Shown here: positions 59,025 to 64,000 of the stretch, piece by piece | How positions within the stretch are numbered: the stretch's first letter is position 1 | Layout of the letters: each line of letters begins with the position of its first letter | Source: Pseudoxanthomonas sp. | GTDB lineage: Bacteria; Pseudomonadota; Gammaproteobacteria; Xanthomonadales; Xanthomonadaceae | Assembly: GCA_036383995.1 (NCBI GenBank) | Contig: DASVNG010000029.1 | Span: 2,351-66,350, forward strand | Length of the DNA: 64,000 nt | Direction of reading: 5' to 3' | Made by a program: the position numbers and the translations under genes | Notes under the pieces: model-generated | The model's database searches: none | Told to the model about the DNA's origin: nothing | What the model saw: the letters and a program-made list of their open reading frames with translations, nothing else

Positions 59025-61475
59025 ATGACGAAGAAGCCAACGAAAGGCGGGTCCAAGCCCGCGTCAGGCAAGCCCGGCAAGCCCGGCACGCGTGCGAAAA
59101 AGACCGGCGGCAGCGGCAAGCCGGCGACCAAATCCAAGCTTCCCCCGTGGATGCCGGACCTGCCCGCCAAAGCGGGCGGCAATGCTGCCAAGGGTCCGCG
59201 CGGCGCCGCCCGGCCGCCGATTTCCCGCCAACCGGCGCCGCCGCAGCGCGGCAGGTTCAGCGATCCGCATGCAGCGCGGGAAGCCGAGCGCTATGCCGAT
59301 CCGATCGCCAGCCGCGAAGCGATCCTGGGCGTGCTCAGCGCCGCCGAAGGCCCGCAGACGGCCGAAGATCTGGCCGCCAAGCTCGAACTCACCACGCCCG
59401 ATCGCTTCGACGCACTGGGCAAGCGCCTGGGCGCCATGGTCCGCGACGGCCAGTTGCTGCAGAACCGCCGCGGCGGTTTCGCGCCGGCCAAGCAGATGGA
59501 CCTGATTCCGGGCGTGGTGATCGCCAATCCCAACGGCTTCGGCTTCCTCAGGCCGGATGAAGGCACCGGCGACGACCTGTTCCTGCCGCCCTATGAAATG
59601 CGCAAGGTCATGCACGGCGACCGCGCCATGGCCTGCGTCACCGGCATCGACCGCAGCGGCCGGCGCGAAGGCAGCATCGTGGAGGTGCTGGAGCGGCGGC
59701 TGTCGCGGCTGATCGGGCGCTTCACCCTGGAGGCCGGCATCAGCTACATGGTTCCGGACGACAAGCGCGTGCAGCGCAATGTGCTGATTCCGCCGGACCA
59801 GCGCGGCGATGCGGTGGATGGCCAACTGGTGGTGGCCGAACTGACCCAGGCGCCGGATGCGCGGCGTCCGCCGATGGGCCGCATCGTTGCGGTGCTGGGC
59901 GACAAACTGACGCCTTCGCTGGTGGTGGAAGCGGCCATCCACGGGCACGAGATTCCCAACGAGTTCCCGCAGGAAGTGCCGGATCAGGCGGCCGCCGTGC
60001 CGCTGGTGGTGGACGAGTCGATGTTCGCCGGCCGCGTCGACCTGCGCGGCATGCCGCTGGTCACCATCGACGGCGAGGACGCCAAGGATTTCGACGACGC
60101 GGTCTATTGCGAAAGCAACCGCCAGGGTTTCCGCCTGGTGGTGGCCATCGCCGACGTATCGCATTACGTGCGGCCCGGCACGCCGCTGGACGACGAAGCG
60201 CAGAAGCGCGCGACCTCGGTCTACTTCCCCGGCTTCGTCGTGCCGATGCTGCCGGAGACGCTGTCCAACGGCATCTGCTCGTTGAATCCGAAGGTCAACC
60301 GAATGTGCTTCGTCTGCGATATGCAGATCGACCGCAACGGCGAAGTGACTTCGTCCAAGTTCTACGAGGCGGTGATGAATTCGCACGCTCGCCTGACCTA
60401 CACCCAGGTCTGGAACGCGGTGGGCGAGAACGACGAGGACGCACGCCAGGCCATCGGCGCGCAGCTGCCGCAGGTCGAGCGCCTGTACCAGCTGTTCCAT
60501 GTGCTGGCCAAGGCGCGCGAGAAGCGCGGCGCGATCGAGTTCGAGACTTCCGAAGTGCGCTTCGTGCTGGACAACCGCGGCGAAGTCACCCAGGCCGGCA
60601 TGCTGCAGCGTAACGACGCGCACAAGCTGATCGAGGAATGCATGATCGCGGCGAACGTGGAAGCGGCCAAGTACCTGCTGAGCGCCCACATTCCCGCACC
60701 GTACCGCGTGCACGACCGGCCGCCGGAGTCCAAGTACGCCGATCTGCTGGAGTTCCTGAAGGAATTCAAGCTGAGCCTGCCGCCGTGGTCGAAAGTGCAG
60801 CCGCGCGATTTCACCCAGTTGTTGAAGAAGATCCGCGAGCGCCCTGACGTGGCCCTGCTGGAATCCGTGGTGCTGCGCAGCCAGAGCCTGGCGGTGTACA
60901 CGCCCGACAACGCCGGCCACTTCGGCCTGGCGCTGGCGGCGTACGCGCACTTCACCTCGCCGATCCGCCGCTATCCCGATCTGCTGGTGCACCGGGCGAT
61001 CAAGTACGCGCTGACTGGCGGAAAGCCGGAGAAATTCCTGTATTCCAACCACCAGATGGCGGCGCTGTCGCTGCAATGCTCCGAGCGCGCACGCCGCGCC
61101 GACGAGGCCGAGCGCGAGGTCGACGAACGCTACCGCGCCGCGTGGATGGAGCAGCACGTGGGCGGCCAGTTCGACGGCGTGATCAGCGGGGTGACCAGCT
61201 TCGGCCTCTTCGTGGAGTTGAACGAATCCAAGGTCAACGGCCTGGTCCATGTGACCCAGCTGCCGCACGACTATTACCACTTCGACCCGATCCGCAAGAC
61301 GCTGTCCGGCGAACGCCGTGGCATGGTCTTCCGCCTGGGCGACCAGGTCCGCATCGTGGTGATGAAGGCCAGCCTGGAAGAGCGCAAGATCGACTTCAAG
61401 CTGGCCGAGGAGAAACAGGTGCAGGGTTTGCCGCCGCGTGGGCAGCCGGCTAAGCAGAAGAAACAGAAGTACTGA
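59025..61475 (+). CDS. rnr: Ribonuclease R
   Basis: 816 aa from ATG 59025. Region homologous to the E. coli RNase R N-terminus (REAERYADPIASREAIL) begins ~80 aa in. RNB domain (DGEDAKDFDDAV, HFGLA..YAHFTSPIRRYPDL) and a C-terminal S1 domain. Confidence 0.93.
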   Translation: MTKKPTKGGSKPASGKPGKPGTRAKKTGGSGKPATKSKLPPWMPDLPAKAGGNAAKGPRGAARPPISRQPAPPQRGRFSDPHAAREAERYADPIASREAILGVLSAAEGPQTAEDLAAKLELTTPDRFDALGKRLGAMVRDGQLLQNRRGGFAPAKQMDLIPGVVIANPNGFGFLRPDEGTGDDLFLPPYEMRKVMHGDRAMACVTGIDRSGRREGSIVEVLERRLSRLIGRFTLEAGISYMVPDDKRVQRNVLIPPDQRGDAVDGQLVVAELTQAPDARRPPMGRIVAVLGDKLTPSLVVEAAIHGHEIPNEFPQEVPDQAAAVPLVVDESMFAGRVDLRGMPLVTIDGEDAKDFDDAVYCESNRQGFRLVVAIADVSHYVRPGTPLDDEAQKRATSVYFPGFVVPMLPETLSNGICSLNPKVNRMCFVCDMQIDRNGEVTSSKFYEAVMNSHARLTYTQVWNAVGENDEDARQAIGAQLPQVERLYQLFHVLAKAREKRGAIEFETSEVRFVLDNRGEVTQAGMLQRNDAHKLIEECMIAANVEAAKYLLSAHIPAPYRVHDRPPESKYADLLEFLKEFKLSLPPWSKVQPRDFTQLLKKIRERPDVALLESVVLRSQSLAVYTPDNAGHFGLALAAYAHFTSPIRRYPDLLVHRAIKYALTGGKPEKFLYSNHQMAALSLQCSERARRADEAEREVDERYRAAWMEQHVGGQFDGVISGVTSFGLFVELNESKVNGLVHVTQLPHDYYHFDPIRKTLSGERRGMVFRLGDQVRIVVMKASLEERKIDFKLAEEKQVQGLPPRGQPAKQKKQKY

Positions 61476-61483
61476 CGTTGCTC

Positions 61484-61629
61484 ACTTCTCCCTTCGGGAG
61501 AAGAGCCTGCCCCATACTTGATATGGGGTGCCCGTAGGGCGGATGAGGGTACGGCGGAGTCCGTGTTGTAAAAACATCATGGACTCCGCCGTACCCTCAC
61601 CCCAACCCCTCTCCCGCTGGGAGAGGGGC
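61484..61629. repeat. MITE-like composite palindromic element, copy 7 (with ccccatacttgatatgggg module)
   Basis: cacttctcccttcgggagaag + gcctgccccatacttgatatggggtgcccgtagggcggatgagggtacgg ... ccgtaccctcaccccaacccctctcccgctgggagaggggc. Confidence 0.85.
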
Positions 61630-61653
61630 TTAAACAGTTACCAAGAGTCGCAG

Positions 61654-62397
61654 ATGAGCAAACAGAACCAATGGATCGCCGGCATCAACGCGGTGGCTTC
61701 GGCCATCGAGAACGATGCCGACAACGTGCGGGAAATACTGCTGGAAGCCGGCAGCAAGAATCCGCGCATCACCGAGATCGAAGAGAACGCGCGCCGCAAG
61801 GGCATCGAAGTGCGCCGCGTCACCCAGCAGGCGCTGGACGGCGTGGGCGGGTCGGTGCGTCACCAGGGTGCGGTGGCGCGCTACGCCGCGGCTAAGACCT
61901 GGGACGAGGGCGAGCTGGCCGGGTTGATCGAAGCCGCTGAAGGCAAGGCGCTGGTGCTGGTGCTGGACGGTGTGCAGGATCCGCACAACCTGGGCGCGTG
62001 CCTGCGTAGCGCGGCGGCCGCGGGCGCGACGGCGGTGGTGATTCCGAAAGACAAATCGGCTCCGGTCAATGCGACGGTGCGCAAGACCTCGGCCGGTGCG
62101 GCGGATCGGCTGCCCGTTTTCCCGGTGACCAATCTGGCGCGCTGCCTGCGCGATCTGCAGCAGTTGGGCGTGTGGATCTACGGGTTGGCCGGCGAAGCCG
62201 AAGCTTCGCTTTACGACACCGATCTGCGCGGCAACGTGGCGCTGGTGCTGGGCGGCGAGGGCGACGGCATGCGCAGGCTCACGCGCGAGCACTGCGACGG
62301 GCTGGTCAAGATTCCGATGCCGGGCGACATCGAAAGCCTCAATGTCTCGGTCGCCACCGGGATCACGCTGTTCGAAGCGGTGCGCCAGCGACGCTGA
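61654..62397 (+). CDS. rlmB: 23S rRNA (guanosine2251-2'-O)-methyltransferase
   Basis: 247 aa from ATG 61654. SpoU motifs LDGVQDPHNLGACLRSA, LVLGGEGDGMR and IPMPGDIESLNVSVATGI. rnr-rlmB synteny as in E. coli. Confidence 0.9.
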   Translation: MSKQNQWIAGINAVASAIENDADNVREILLEAGSKNPRITEIEENARRKGIEVRRVTQQALDGVGGSVRHQGAVARYAAAKTWDEGELAGLIEAAEGKALVLVLDGVQDPHNLGACLRSAAAAGATAVVIPKDKSAPVNATVRKTSAGAADRLPVFPVTNLARCLRDLQQLGVWIYGLAGEAEASLYDTDLRGNVALVLGGEGDGMRRLTREHCDGLVKIPMPGDIESLNVSVATGITLFEAVRQRR

Positions 62398-62442
62398 CCG
62401 GCCGGTTGCCGGAGTCCTTCAGAACCACTCCACGGAGATCGC

Positions 62443-63627
62443 ATGCACAATCCGGTACCGGCTCTGTTCCGTTGCATCGCGGTGGGTGCGCTGTTCGCCA
62501 TGTCGACCCCGTCGCTGGCAGCGCAGGAGCGCATGCGGGCGCGCGATCTCGGCGTCGCGCCGGGGATATTCGCGCCGGGCGCCAACAACGCCATCACCGA
62601 CGTGGCCGGCGTACGCGTAGGCCAGGTCACCCTGAGCGAAGGCGAGCGCGTGCGCACCGGCGTCACCGCGATCCTGCCGCACGAAGGCAACGCCTACCGT
62701 TCGCGTGTACCGGCTGCGTTGCATGTGGGAAATGGTTTCGGAAAATTCGTCGGCAGCACCCAGATCAACGAACTGGGCGAACTGGAAACGCCGATCCTGC
62801 TCACCTGCACCTTGTGCGTGTGGAAAGCCGCCGATGCCATGGCGGCCTGGTTGCTGGAACAGCCGGACATGCAGCAGGTGCGTTCGATCAATCCGGTGGT
62901 CGGCGAAACCAACGACGGCGACCTCAACGACATCCGCGCGCGGCCCGTCACTGCCGAAGCGGTGCGGCAAGCATTGGAAAGCGCCAAGCCGGGACCGGTG
63001 CAGGAAGGCAGCGTAGGCGCCGGCACCGGCACCATCGCGTTCGGCTGGAAGGGCGGCATCGGCACTTCCTCGCGCGTGCTTCCGCAGAGCCTCGGCGGTT
63101 GGACCGTGGGCGTGCTGGTGCAGAGCAATTTCGGCGGCGTGCTGCAGGTAGCGGGCGCGCCGGTCGGCCGCGAGCTGGGACGTTATGCATTCCAGAACGC
63201 AGTCGCAATGCAACCTGGAATCGAGGACGGCCCGGCCGACGATCGCGGCGACGGTTCGGTGATCATCGTCATCGCCACCGACGCGCCGCTGAGCGACCGC
63301 AACCTGCGGCGGCTCGCTTCGCGCGCGATGATGGGCCTGGGGCGTACCGGCAGTTCGGCGTCCAACGGCAGCGGCGACTACGCGCTGGCGTTCTCTACCG
63401 CGGCTTCGGTGCGCCGCGCCTTCGACGCCCCGCGCCACACCACCACCGAGCTTGCCAACGAGCAGATGAGCGGCGTGTTCCAGGCCAGCGTCGATGCGGT
63501 GGAAGAAGCGGTCTACAACTCGCTGTTCATGGCCACCACGGTCAGAGGCAATGGTTACACCGCCGAAGCGATACCGCTGGATCGCGTGCGCAAGATCCTG
63601 GACGAACACGGCGTGCACGCACCTTGA
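62443..63627 (+). CDS. P1/S58 (DmpA/BapA-like) family aminopeptidase, secreted
   Basis: 394 aa. Signal peptide ...ALFAMSTPSLAA. NAITDVAGVRVGQ, TGVTAILP and GETNDG motifs typical of peptidase S58. Confidence 0.78.
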   Translation: MHNPVPALFRCIAVGALFAMSTPSLAAQERMRARDLGVAPGIFAPGANNAITDVAGVRVGQVTLSEGERVRTGVTAILPHEGNAYRSRVPAALHVGNGFGKFVGSTQINELGELETPILLTCTLCVWKAADAMAAWLLEQPDMQQVRSINPVVGETNDGDLNDIRARPVTAEAVRQALESAKPGPVQEGSVGAGTGTIAFGWKGGIGTSSRVLPQSLGGWTVGVLVQSNFGGVLQVAGAPVGRELGRYAFQNAVAMQPGIEDGPADDRGDGSVIIVIATDAPLSDRNLRRLASRAMMGLGRTGSSASNGSGDYALAFSTAASVRRAFDAPRHTTTELANEQMSGVFQASVDAVEEAVYNSLFMATTVRGNGYTAEAIPLDRVRKILDEHGVHAP

Positions 63628-63681
63628 GCCATCGCCGCAACTGAACTCCGAACTACCGCAATCCCCCCGCCAGGCACGTTA

Positions 63682-64000
63682 ATGACCAACTCCCGTCCCG
63701 CCGCATCGGTGCTCATGCCCGTATTGCTTCTGCTGGTTGCGATGTTCTCCATCCAACTTGGCGCGAGCCTGGCCAAGAGCCTGTTCCCGGTCGTGGGCGC
63801 CCTGGGCGCCACCTCGCTGCGCCTGGCCTTCGGAACGTTGATGTTGTGGCTGGTGCTGCGGCCATGGCGCATGCCCTGGCGCACGCTGCCGTGGCGCATG
63901 TTGCTGGGCTACGGCGTTTCGCTGGGCGTGATGAACACGCTGTTCTACCTTTCGCTGCAGACGATACCGCTGGGCATCGCCATCGCGCTGGAGTTCACCG
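63682..64000 (+). CDS. EamA/RhtA-like DMT transporter (5' part only; runs off the window)
   Basis: ATG 63682. MTNSRPAASVLMPVLLLLVAMFSIQLGASLAKSLFP..., consecutive TM helices. Open to the end of the window. Confidence 0.6.
   Translation, partial: MTNSRPAASVLMPVLLLLVAMFSIQLGASLAKSLFPVVGALGATSLRLAFGTLMLWLVLRPWRMPWRTLPWRMLLGYGVSLGVMNTLFYLSLQTIPLGIAIALEFT

Noticed and set aside
62172-63644. 490-aa plus-strand ORF overlapping the rlmB 3' end and the DmpA-like gene in another frame.
   Set aside because: It is extremely Arg/Gly/Ala/His-rich with no motif. The alternative frames encode clear SpoU-methylase and S58-peptidase motifs.

Overview
High-GC (sampled lines ~68% GC) gammaproteobacterial chromosome segment. 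Gene content and repeat families suggest Xanthomonadales/Lysobacterales, which is an inference. The backbone is collinear with the E. coli 4-min housekeeping block: dapD-glnD-map | rpsB-tsf-pyrH-frr-uppS-cdsA-dxr-rseP-bamA-lpxD-fabZ-lpxA-lpxB-rnhB-dnaE-accA-tilS. It also carries yhdP-tldD, yjgA/pmbA, xseB-ispA, yffB-dapE, asnB, an Ntn acylase, bfr, parC, tRNA-Leu(CAG), rnr, rlmB, a DmpA-type peptidase and a partial EamA transporter. Accessory cassettes interrupt this backbone. (1) A five-gene, all-secreted, translationally coupled operon lies between rpsB and map (40012-44604): two paralogous subunit-like proteins, a small secreted protein, an Ig-like chaperone candidate and a 661-aa OM barrel with a C-terminal beta-sandwich. 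This is my best candidate for an undescribed surface-fibre/secretion system. (2) A ~2.2 kb low-GC islet (8465-10680) encodes a CxxS thioredoxin-fold secreted protein next to a secreted protein with a 4-Cys C-terminal tail. (3) A 3.8 kb insert between dnaE and rnhB carries a DUF1232-motif protein, a small partner ORF, a ToxR/CadC-like membrane regulator and a coupled Lys-rich small ORF. (4) A CDF transporter and a cupin/AIM24 pair split frr-pyrH-tsf. Intergenic space is heavily colonised by modular palindromic repeats: seven copies of a 120-220 bp MITE-like element, GTAG-type REP pairs and other hairpin elements. These repeats generate many spurious ORFs. No rRNA, CRISPR, IS, integrase or prophage genes were seen. 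All family assignments come from reading motifs and synteny by eye; no database search was run.
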